64,000 nt of DNA from an uncultured Clostridia bacterium (GTDB lineage: Bacteria > Bacillota > Clostridia > TANB77 > CAG-508), in contig CALXJZ010000001.1 of the NCBI GenBank assembly GCA_944388745.1, positions 5,976-69,975 on the forward strand, given 5' to 3'. The notes under the pieces are model-generated. The model did not search any database. It saw only the letters and a list, made by a program, of their open reading frames with translations, and was not told the origin of the DNA. Below, piece by piece: positions 1 to 10,400 of this stretch. The position numbers and the translations under genes were made by a program. Position 1 is the stretch's first letter. The number at the start of each line of letters is the position of its first letter.

Positions 1-458
1 TAATATTTAAAATTTTCAAATTCATTATATTCTAATTCTACTTGTAATTCTTGTCCTATACATTTTGTCACTTTTCTAGCTTCTTCAATTGCATTTAATA
101 AACTGCTAGAATATGCTCTGACTAATCCACCTGTACCTAATAATATTCCTCCAAAGTATCTTGTGACAATTATTAGTACATTTGCTAAATTATTTTTTTG
201 CAATATAGATAGCATTGGTTGTCCTGCTGTTCCTGATGGTTCTCCATCATCACTTGATTTCTCTATAATTTGACCTTTTTCTATTACTCTATATGCCATG
301 CAGTTGTGTTTTGCGTCAAAATATTTTTTCTTTGTTTGTTTTATTATATTTTCCGCTTCTTCCACATTTTCTATATAGAATAGATTTGCTATAAATTTTG
401 ACTTTTTTTCTGTAATTTCTGCCTGTACATTTTCTTCAATAGTAATAAATTCTTCCAT
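1..458 (-). CDS. IMPACT/YigZ (UPF0029) family protein, N-terminal part; 3' end runs off the window
   Basis: Manual minus-strand translation from ATG at 456-458 gives MEEFITIEENVQAEITEKKSKFIANLFYIEN...GEPSGTAGQPMLSILQ..IVTRYFGGILLGTGGLVRAY, typical of the YigZ/IMPACT fold. GGAGG RBS overlaps the stop of the upstream gene. Not in the ORF track because it is truncated at the edge. Confidence 0.6.
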   Translation of the reverse strand, partial: MEEFITIEENVQAEITEKKSKFIANLFYIENVEEAENIIKQTKKKYFDAKHNCMAYRVIEKGQIIEKSSDDGEPSGTAGQPMLSILQKNNLANVLIIVTRYFGGILLGTGGLVRAYSSSLLNAIEEARKVTKCIGQELQVELEYNEFENFKY

Positions 459-1772
459 CTACTTGTTTACCTCCAGACCTGCTGTGTAGCCTGTTGAATA
501 TGCTATTTGTAAATTAAATCCTCCTGTATAGCTATCTACATCTATTATTTCTCCTGCAAAATATAGTCCTTTAACTATTTTTGATTCCATTGTTTTTGGA
601 TTTATTTCTTTTGTAGAAACTCCCCCACTTGTTATGATTGCTTCTTCTATTGGTCTAAATCCCTTTATTTCAATTTCATAATTTTTTAATAAATAGACTA
701 ATTTTTTTCTTTCTTCTTTTGTTATTTCATTTATTTTTTTATTTTCTGGTATACTGCTCTTTTCAATTATTACTGGAATTAGTTTCTGTGGCAATAATTT
801 GTCTAGGCTATTTTTAAATTGCTTATTTTTTAATTCATTAAAATCTCTTAATACTCTTTCTTCTAATTTTTCTTCGCTCAATGCTGGCTTTAAATCGATT
901 TTTAACACTATTTTTTTGTTTTTCATTTTTTCTAAATTATTTTTGTATCTTGTTAGATGTGCAGAAGAACTTAATATGATTGGACCTGAAACTCCAAAAT
1001 GTGTAAATATCATTTCTCCAAAATCTTCATATATTTTTTTATTTTTTTCAATATCAGTTATTGTTATTGCAACATTTTTTAGTGTTAATCCTTGCAATTT
1101 TCTACATATTTCTACATCATATGTTTCTAATGGTATTAATGATGGTCTAAGTTCTGTAACTGTGTGTCCAACCTTTTTTGCTAAGATATATCCATCTCCT
1201 GTTGAACCAGTTAATGGATAACTTTTGCCTCCTGTTGCAAGTATTACTTTATCTGCTTTTTCAATTTTTTCTGAAACTCCATTTGAAGTTTTTACTCCAT
1301 CAATTTTTAATTTCTGTTCTTTTTTTGTATTTGCTATTTCTGATTCAGTTTCGCTAACTATTAATTCTGTCACTTTTGTATTATATTCTACCTTTATGTT
1401 TTGCTCTTTAAGCTTTTTGGTAAAGCATTTTAAAACATCTAAGGATTTGTCTGTCACTGGAAATATTCTATTTCCTCTTTCTTCTTTTACTTCTAATCCT
1501 TCTTCTTTTAGAAATTTTATAATATCTTGGTTTGTAAAGTTTTGAAAACAACTATATAAAAATTTTCCATTTGTTGGAGTGTTTTCAATAAATTTTGACA
1601 TATCTAAAGAAGATGTAATATTACATCTTCCTTTTCCTGTTATTAATAATTTTCTTCCTAGTGATGGCATTTTTTCTATTAGTGTTACTTGATGACCTTG
1701 TTTACTCGCAGTTATTGCTGCCATCATTCCTGCTGGTCCTCCACCTATTACTATTACTTTCATTTTACTCAC
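459..1772 (-). CDS. HI0933/BaiN-like NAD(P)/FAD-dependent oxidoreductase (aminoacetone oxidase family flavoprotein)
   Basis: N-terminal Rossmann motif VIVIGGGPAGMMAA. 437 aa, typical of the HI0933 family. TAG stop at 459-461. Confidence 0.75.
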   Translation of the reverse strand: MSKMKVIVIGGGPAGMMAAITASKQGHQVTLIEKMPSLGRKLLITGKGRCNITSSLDMSKFIENTPTNGKFLYSCFQNFTNQDIIKFLKEEGLEVKEERGNRIFPVTDKSLDVLKCFTKKLKEQNIKVEYNTKVTELIVSETESEIANTKKEQKLKIDGVKTSNGVSEKIEKADKVILATGGKSYPLTGSTGDGYILAKKVGHTVTELRPSLIPLETYDVEICRKLQGLTLKNVAITITDIEKNKKIYEDFGEMIFTHFGVSGPIILSSSAHLTRYKNNLEKMKNKKIVLKIDLKPALSEEKLEERVLRDFNELKNKQFKNSLDKLLPQKLIPVIIEKSSIPENKKINEITKEERKKLVYLLKNYEIEIKGFRPIEEAIITSGGVSTKEINPKTMESKIVKGLYFAGEIIDVDSYTGGFNLQIAYSTGYTAGLEVNK

Positions 1773-1821
1773 ATTCTTTTATTTTGCCTTACGTTTTATA
1801 TTTTTGATCTCTACTTCCTAA

Positions 1822-2811
1822 TTAAGAATCTTTTGCACTATCCTTTTTTCCTTTTGTTGTAGTTTTTTTAGCTGTTGTTTTAGCAGCTGTTGTTGATTTC
1901 TTAGCAGATGTTTTTGTTGTTGATGCTTTCTTTGTTGTTGATTTCGTTGTATTTGATTTACTTGCTGGTGATTTTTTTGCTGCTGTTGTACTTTTAGTAG
2001 TTGTCTTTTTTGTAGTCTTTCTAGTTTTTTCTGCCTTTTTAACTTCTGGTTGTTCTTCTTTAATCTTATTATCTATAACATCTTTTTCTTTATTGTTTTC
2101 TTCTGGTTCATCTCCATTTAAATATCCAATATCATTTGCTTGTGCTTCTTTTATATATTGATCTAAATTATCTTCAAAGAAAAATTCTATTGCTGGTTCA
2201 TCTTCATCTTTTGTTTCTGTTCTGTTATCCATATTTGCATTTTCTTCAATTAGATTTGACTCATTCTCTTTTTTGTCTGGCTCTATTGTTTCTTGTGACA
2301 TATTGTTTATTTCTTCGCTTTTTTCTGGTTCGTCAAAGAAAAATTCTATATCATTATTATTCTTTTGTTGCTCCTCTTGCTCTTCTACATCTTCTTCATC
2401 CACATTATTCTCTTCTATATCTTCTTCTATATCTTTTTCTATACTTTTTTCGTTTTCTTCTATATATTTTTCATCTTCTATTTCATCATATTCTTTATTA
2501 TTTTCTAATTCTTGAATTTTTTCATTGTCCATATATGTTTCTATGTTATATGATTGATCATCTAAATTTGAATTTTCTTGCTCTTTTTTGAAAATATCTA
2601 CATATTCATCTTCTTTTTTCATTTCTTTTTTCTTATTCTTCATTTCTTGTTTTGCCAACTTTGTTGCTTCTTTTCTTTCTTTTTCAATTCTTCTTTCTTC
2701 CGCTCTTTGGCTGCTACCACTAAAAACCAAAATGGCAACAATTAGAACAATTAAAACCAATAAAACTATTACTACACTCATTTTTACTATCATTCCTTTC
2801 TCAATGTACAA
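1822..2811 (-). CDS. hypothetical membrane-anchored protein with acidic low-complexity repeats and a Lys/Thr/Ala-rich basic tail
   Basis: N-terminal TM helix (VVIVLLVLIVLIVAILVF), long D/E-rich middle, C-terminal TTKKxTTK repeats. No recognisable catalytic motif. Start may be the internal Met (MSVV...). Confidence 0.4.
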   Translation of the reverse strand: MYIEKGMIVKMSVVIVLLVLIVLIVAILVFSGSSQRAEERRIEKERKEATKLAKQEMKNKKKEMKKEDEYVDIFKKEQENSNLDDQSYNIETYMDNEKIQELENNKEYDEIEDEKYIEENEKSIEKDIEEDIEENNVDEEDVEEQEEQQKNNNDIEFFFDEPEKSEEINNMSQETIEPDKKENESNLIEENANMDNRTETKDEDEPAIEFFFEDNLDQYIKEAQANDIGYLNGDEPEENNKEKDVIDNKIKEEQPEVKKAEKTRKTTKKTTTKSTTAAKKSPASKSNTTKSTTKKASTTKTSAKKSTTAAKTTAKKTTTKGKKDSAKDS

Positions 2812-2939
2812 ATCTAGTTGGAATTGTAATTTTTTTCAACCTTATCCTTTGTTTTTAATTAAAAATTTAATATCTATTATTTATATATCACATTTCAACA
2901 TTTTTTTCTATATATTTATATGATATTTTTATCTTTTAA

Positions 2940-4175
2940 CTATTTTTCCATAAATTCAATTGCTTTCATTATTCCCAATTTCCCATATTCATAAGTTAGT
3001 CCACCTTGCATATATGCAATATATGGCTTTCTTAACGGTCCATCACAACTAAGTTCTATTGTTGAACCTTGTGTAAATGTACCTGCTGCCATAATAACTT
3101 TATCTTCATATCCACCCATATCTCCTGGATATGGTATTATATCTGAATCAATTGGTGAACCACTTTGAATTCCTTGACAAAACTTAATTAGTTTATTTTC
3201 TTCTCCTAAATGAACTGTTTGTACTATATCTGCTCTTTTTTCATCATATTTTGGTTCTACATTATATCCTAATTTTTCTAATATGCAACTCGCAAAAACT
3301 GCTGTTTTTAAGCTACTTGCAACCACAGTTGGTGCAAAAAATAGCCCTTTTATAAATAAAGAATTTTGATTTAATGATGGTCCTATCTCTTTTCCTATTC
3401 CTGGTGCTGTTAATCTTTCTGCACATAATTTAATTAATCCTTTTTTTCCAGAAATGTATGCTCCAGATGTTGCAATTCCTGCTCCTAAATTTTTCATTAG
3501 AGATCCTACTATGATGTCTGCTCCTACTTCAATTGGTTCTTTTTCTTCTACAAATTCTCCATAACAGTTATCTACCATTATTATTACTTCTGTATTTACT
3601 TTTCTAATTTCTTTTATTATTTTTTCTATTTTATCAATATTTATACTTTTTCTCGTTGAATATCCTCTTGACCTTTGGATTTCCACAAGTTTCACATCAT
3701 TTGTGGATAATCTTTCTCTTATTTTTTCATAATCAAAATCATTTTCTACTAAATCTATTTGTTCATATTTGATACCATATGCTTTTAAAGAACTTTCGCT
3801 TTTTTCTTTTCCTATCCCAATTACTGTTTGTAATGTATCATATGGTTCTCCTGTTATACTAAGCATTGTGTCATTTGGTCTCAATAACGCTGATAGCGTA
3901 ATTGCTAATGCATGTGTTCCTGAAATCAGTTGTGCTCGAACTATGCTATCTTCTGCTTTGAATATATGACTATATATTTCTTCTATTTTGTCTCTTCCTG
4001 GCTCATCTATTCCATATCCTGTATATGAATTTAGATGTTGCTCTTGTAAATGGCATTCTTGGAATGCGTCTAATACTTTTTTACTGTTTATTTCGCATAT
4101 CTTGTCTATTTCTTTTATTATTGGTGTTATTTCTATTTCTACTTTTTCTTTTACTTCTTGTAAGTTTTGTTTCAT
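2940..4175 (-). CDS. PLP-dependent Cys/Met-metabolism enzyme, YnbB / 'aluminium resistance protein' (Met gamma-lyase-like) family
   Basis: 411 aa; sequence pattern and length match the YnbB family (PF06838-like). RBS AGGAAG precedes the ATG. Confidence 0.7.
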   Translation of the reverse strand: MKQNLQEVKEKVEIEITPIIKEIDKICEINSKKVLDAFQECHLQEQHLNSYTGYGIDEPGRDKIEEIYSHIFKAEDSIVRAQLISGTHALAITLSALLRPNDTMLSITGEPYDTLQTVIGIGKEKSESSLKAYGIKYEQIDLVENDFDYEKIRERLSTNDVKLVEIQRSRGYSTRKSINIDKIEKIIKEIRKVNTEVIIMVDNCYGEFVEEKEPIEVGADIIVGSLMKNLGAGIATSGAYISGKKGLIKLCAERLTAPGIGKEIGPSLNQNSLFIKGLFFAPTVVASSLKTAVFASCILEKLGYNVEPKYDEKRADIVQTVHLGEENKLIKFCQGIQSGSPIDSDIIPYPGDMGGYEDKVIMAAGTFTQGSTIELSCDGPLRKPYIAYMQGGLTYEYGKLGIMKAIEFMEK

Positions 4176-4200
4176 TAAAATTTTCTTCCTTTCTTCGTTA

Positions 4201-4260
4201 TGGTCAGTTTGGGGACAGGTTCGGACTAACCATTTTGGGTTACTTTGGGGACGCCACTTT
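4201..4260 (+). repeat. Family-A dispersed palindromic repeat, copy 1 (TGGTCAGTTTGGGGACAGGTTCGGACTAACCATTTTGGGTTACTTTGGGGACGCCACTTT)
   Basis: Near-identical copies at 22556-22624 (inverted) and 44952-45018. Contains GGTCA..TGACC inverted arms and two T(T)GGGGAC(A/G) cores. Lies 25 nt upstream of the ynbB-like start. Confidence 0.8.
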
Positions 4261-4470
4261 ATTTTCTGTATTTTCGCTTATTATTTTACAATAATTCTCC
4301 TTTTTTTTCAAGGAATTAGGTACTTTAATTTATGCAATTTAAAAATTGAGGAAGTATTTGAATTTATACTTTCTCAATTTTTAATAGACTAATTGTTATT
4401 ACATAAATTACATTATACTATCTTTTAGGTCTGTCCCTTTTGTTTCATTTTGAAACGATTTGGCACGTCC

Positions 4471-7400
4471 CTAAATGACGAATTTCTTGATTAAGAATAC
4501 TCCTCCAGCTATTGTGATTAAAACTATTCCACCTAACATGAAATATGTTCTTGTTGCTCCTGTGCTTATTGATATCATTACTGGTGCATCATCTATGTCA
4601 TCTTCTCCTTCTTTTTGATTGTCTGGTGTTGAGTCTTTGTCTGGTAAATCATAATCATTATCATCTTCTGATATTTCTGCTATGTTTGTCATTACTCCCA
4701 TGTTGTTTTCATTGTTTATCCATGTTAAGACTACTTCTACTTCTGTGTATTCTCCTGGTTGTAATAGGATATCTTGTGGCAATCTTGTTGATATTACATT
4801 ATTTCCTTCATCTGTCCATCCAGGGTTATCTGCTGGGTCAAATCTTAATCCTTCTGGTATATAGTCTGTTATTTCTTTTACATATCCAGGTATGTCCCCT
4901 TCATTTGTTACTCTAATTGAGTATCTGAATTTGACTGTTACTTGGTTTAGTTTCTTTCTATGTAATTCTACTTTTACTATTTCTTCTGGGTCGTCATATG
5001 GCTGATGTCCTGTTACTGTTACTGTTTCTTTTCCGTTTTCTATTACTATTGCTTCTGTTACCCATTTTCTTAATGCTAAGTCAAATTCTTTTACTATTAC
5101 TTTTTCGAAGTCATCATCATCTTGTTGTCCTGGTATGTATTCTCCTGTTTCATCATCTTTATATCCTGGTAAGTTTTCATCATTTGGAAGTTCTACATTA
5201 TCACTTTCTGAGTCTCTATCTGTTATTTCTTCATGATTATCATCTTGGTATTCTGTAATGTCTGCAATATTTGTTATGTTTTCGTTTGTTGGTGCACTTT
5301 CTATTACTCTACACATTACAGGTACTTCTTGATATGATAATTCATATGCACCTTCTTCGTTTATTACAGGTTTGTTAATTAAACTATTTTCTAAATATCT
5401 TGTTGTTAATGTTCTTCCATCTTCAGATACTTCCCATCCATATTGGTCATTGAATTCTCCGTCAACATATTCTAAGTATGGTGGTAAATGGTCTTTGATT
5501 TCAGCTGCATAACCATCTATATCGCCTTCATTATATACTCTTAACATGTATATCACTATGTCATTTTTTTGTACTAATACTGGTTCTTTTGTATGGTTAT
5601 ATATTGCTGTTGTGATTAAGTTTCCTTCTTCATCTTCTGTATTTAATAATGATGTGTCTACTACCGGTTCTCTTGTATATGAACCATCTTCATTTCTTAG
5701 ATATTCATCTTCTTCTATTGTTTGGTCATTACTTACTGCTATTATGAATTTTCTTAGTGCTAAGTCAAATTCTTTTACTATTACTTTTTCGAAGTCATCA
5801 TCATCTTCTTGTCCTGGTATGTATTCTCCTGTTTCATCATCTTTATATGTTGGTCTATCTTCTCCTTCTGGCTCTTCAAATCCTCCATCTGGAGTTGAAT
5901 CTCTGTCATCTGTTTCGTCTCCATTTTTGTCTGCATCTTCTGTTATTTGTGCTAAATTTGTTATTTTCCAATCTGACCTTGCATTGTCTTTTACCTTACA
6001 TGCTATTTGTACTTCTTTATAGTATAATGGTTCTTCTTCATTTACTCTTGTTTCGTCAAATGCTTCTATTAGGTTTTGTCTTTCTTCTGTTTCTTTTTCT
6101 TTTGATAAGTAATCTGTTGTTACTCTATTTCCTTCTATTGTCCATTCATATTGTTGATTTATTAGATGGTTTGGTAAAAATTCTAATTCGTCTGGTAAAT
6201 AGTCTGTTATTTCTTCAGCATATCCTGAAAGTTCAGACTCGTTATATACTCTTATTGTATAGATTACTGTATCTCCTTTTCTTACTTCTACTGGCTCTTT
6301 TGTGTGATTATATGTTGCTGTTGTTATTAAGTTTCCATTTTCATCTTCTGTATTTAATATTGATGCATCTACTACTGGTGCTCTAGAATATGAACCATCT
6401 TCATTTCTTAGATATTCATCTTCTTCTATGTTTTCATCTCTACTTACTGCTACAATGAATTTTCTTAGCGCTAAGTCAAATTCTTTCTTAACATTATCTA
6501 CTGTTATTGTTATTTTACCTGTTGTTTTGTCTATTGTTACTGGAACATTTTCTGTTATTGTTGCTCCTGTGTTGTCTTTTACTACCATTATTGTGTTTTC
6601 TGTATCTATTACATATACTCCGTTTTGTATTGTCTTTGCTACACTTAGTTCGATACTTCCTGTAAATTTATTGTATCCATCTGGTGCGCTTGTTTCTGTT
6701 ATTGTATATGTATCTAGCGTTGTTGTATCTGTTATTTGGAATGTTCCTAAGTTTAATATTCCATTTGAATCTGTCGCTTCTCTATCTTCTCCATTTACAT
6801 TGAATACTGCTCCTGATAGTGGTGTTTCTGTTTCACTATCTACCTTTACTATTTCTAGTTCATAATCTCCTACTATTTTTTCATTGTCTATTTCTATTGT
6901 TATTCTTCCTGTTGTTATATTTATTGTTACTGGAATATTTTGAGTTATTGTTGCTCCTGTGCTATCTTTTACTACCATTGTTGTGTTTTCTGTGTCTATT
7001 ACATATACTCCGTTTTGTATTGTTTTTGCCACACTTAGTTCGATACTTCCTTCAAATTTGTTATATCCTTCTGGTGCACTTGTTTCTGTTATTGTATATG
7101 TATCTAGCGTTGTCGTATCTGTTATTTCAACTGTTCCTAAGCTTAGTATTCCATTTGCATTTGTTGCTTCTCTATCTTCTCCATTTACATTAAATACTGC
7201 TCCTGGTAATACTGTTTCTGTTCCTTGTTCTTTCTTTACAATTTCTACTACATAGTTTCCTTCTATCTTTTCATTGTCTACTGTTATTGTTATTTTACCT
7301 GTTGTTTTGTCTATTGTTACTGGTATGTTTTGTGTTATTTCTGTTCCTTCACTATCTTTTACTACCATTGTTGTGTTTTCAGCATCTATTACATAGTTTT

Positions 7401-10400
7401 CATTATCTAACTTTTTATCTACACTTAATTCTATACTTCCATCAAATTTGTTGTATCCATTTGGTCCTGTTGTTTCTTTTATTACATATGTATCTGGTAT
7501 TTCTGTGTTTGCTATTCCAAATGTTCCTAAGTTTACTATTCCGCTTGCATTTGTTGCTTCTTTGTCTTCTCCATTTACATTGAATATTGCTCCAGTTAGT
7601 TTTGCTCCTGTTTCTCCGTCTTGTTTTACTAACTCTATTTCATAGCTTCCTTCTATCTTTTTGTTTGGTACTGTTACTGTTATCTTTCCATTTTCTAAGT
7701 TGGCATTTACTTTTCCTTCTGCTAATCCTGTTCCTTCTACATTTTTTAATTCTATGTTATTTACTACATATTCTCCATCTTGTATTCCTTTTGTTACTTC
7801 TAGCTCTACACTATTAAATATTTTGTTGTATCCTTCTGGTGCTTCTATCTCTTCTATTTTTATTGTCTCTGTTCCTTCTTCTGTTATTTCTATTCCTTCT
7901 ATTTCTATTTTTCCCTCTGCATTTGTTCTTTCTGTCTTTTCTGTTCCATCTGCTAGTCTTACCTTAAACTCTGCACCTTCTAATACCTTTTCTTCATTTT
8001 CTTGGTCTACCTTTAATATTTCTAAGTTGTATCCTCCTGCTATCTTTTCATTTTCTACTGTTATTGTTACCTTACCTGTTGTTACATCTAATGTTACTGA
8101 AACATTTTCTGTTATTGTTGCTCCTGTGCTGTCTTTTACTACCATTGTTGTATTTTCTGTGTCTACTACATAGTTTCCATTTTCTAACTTTTTAGCTACA
8201 CTTAGTTCTATGCTTCCTTCAAATTTGTTGTATCCATTTGGTCCTGTTATTTCTTTTATTACATACGTATCTGGTGTTTCTATGTTTGTTATTGTAAATG
8301 TTCCTAAGTTTACTATTCCACTTGCATTTGTTGCTGTCTTATCTTCTCCATTTACATTGAATACTGCTCCTGATAGTTTTTCTTCTGTTTTTCCATCTTG
8401 TTTTACTAGCTCTATTTCATAGTTTCCAGTTGCTTTATCTAATATTAGTTTTTCAAAATCGTCATCATCTTGTTGTCCTTTATAGTAATAATTTGAATCT
8501 GCTAAATTTGATTGGTTGTTATTTCCTGTGTAATTTTCCATATTAGTTTGATTTACACTTGGTTCTGTCTCTGGTTCTGAATCTCTATCTAGCCCTTCTT
8601 GGTTTGTTATTGTAACATTACTCTCTGCATCGTATTCTTCCGCAATCCATGCAACATTTGTTAATACTTTTTCTCTTTCTCCTGGCTGTTCTACTACTTC
8701 GCAAGTTATTTCTATTGTTTCTTTGTCTAATTCTCCTCCTGTATATTTAGCTAAATTATCTGTATTGCCTGCTTTTCTAATTAAGTTTACTGTATTTGTT
8801 TCCTCATCATAGCTTTCTAATTCAAAATTTCCACTTACTACTTGTGAGAATTTTAATCCCTCTGGTAATTGATCTACTATTTTTGTTGCTCTTCCTTCTT
8901 TTTCTCCTTCATTATATATTGTAATTTCATATGTTACTATATTTCCTGTTTCTACTTTTACTGGATCTTTTCTATGTTTATATGTCGCTGTTGTTCCATT
9001 TTCTAATGTTGTTGTATCTATATTTGGTATTCTTGTATTACTTCCTGTTAATGTTTCTCCATTTACTTTTGTAATATATTTTCTAAGTGATAAGTCAAAT
9101 TCCTTTTTTACATTATCTACTGTTATCGTTATTTTCTGAGTTGTTTTATCTATTGTTACTGGTATATTTTGTGTAATTTCTGTTCCTGTGCTATCTTTTA
9201 CTACCATTGTTGTGTTTTCTGTATCTACTACATAGTTTCCATTTTCTAATTTTTTGGCTACATTTAGTTCTATACTTCCGTCAAATTTGTTGTATCCATT
9301 TGGTCCTGTTGTTTCTTTTATTACATATGTATCTGGTCTTGTTATATCTGTTATTTCTACTGTTCCTAAACTTAAAATTCCACTTGAATTTGTCGCTGTT
9401 TTATCTTGATTGTTTACATTAAATACTGCTCCCGATAGTTTTTCTCCTGAAACTCCATCTTGTTTTACTATCTCTATTTCATAGCTTCCTTCTATCTTTT
9501 TGTTTGGTACTGTTACTGTTATCTTTCCATTTTCTAAGTTGGCATTTACTTTTCCTTCTGCTAATCCTGTTCCTTCTACATTTTTTAATTCTATGTTATT
9601 TACTACATATTCTCCATCTTGTATTCCTTTTGTTACTTCTAGCTCTACACTATTAAATATTTTGTTGTATCCTTCTGGTGCTTCTATCTCTTCTATTTTT
9701 ATTGTCTCTGTTCCTTCTTCTGTTATTTCTATTCCTTCTATTTCTATTTTCCCCTCTGCATTTGTTCTTTCTGTCTTTTCTGTTCCATCTGCTAGTGTTA
9801 CCTTAAACCTTGCATCTTCTAATACCTTTTCTTCATTTTCTTGGTCTACCTTTAATATCTCTAATCCATATTCTCCTGCTATCTTTTCATTGTCTACTGT
9901 TATTGTTATTTTACCAGTCGTTTTGTCTATTGTTACTGGTATATTTTCAGTAATTTCTGTTCCTTCGCTGTCTTTTACTACCATTGTTGTATTTGCAATA
10001 TCTACTACATATCTTCCATTTTCAATTTTTTTTGCTACATTTAATTCAATGCTTCCTGTAAATCCATTGTATCCACTTGGTGCTGTTACCTCTTTTATTA
10101 CATAGCTATCTCGTGTTGAAGCATTTGTTATTTGTATTGTTCCTAAACTTACTATTCCGCTTGAATTTGTTGCTGTTTTATTTTGTCCATTTACACTAAA
10201 TATTGCTCCAGTTAGTTTTGCTTCTGAAATTTCATCTTGTTTTACTAGTTCTAATTCGTATTCTCCTTGTAAATTAGGTATTTCAATCTCTAATTTTTCT
10301 GGTATTGAAATTTCTTCTTTTTCTGGTATTACTACTGGTTGCTCATCACCATTTGTGTTTGACGCCCATAAAGTAAAGTTCGTTTTATCATAATCTATAT

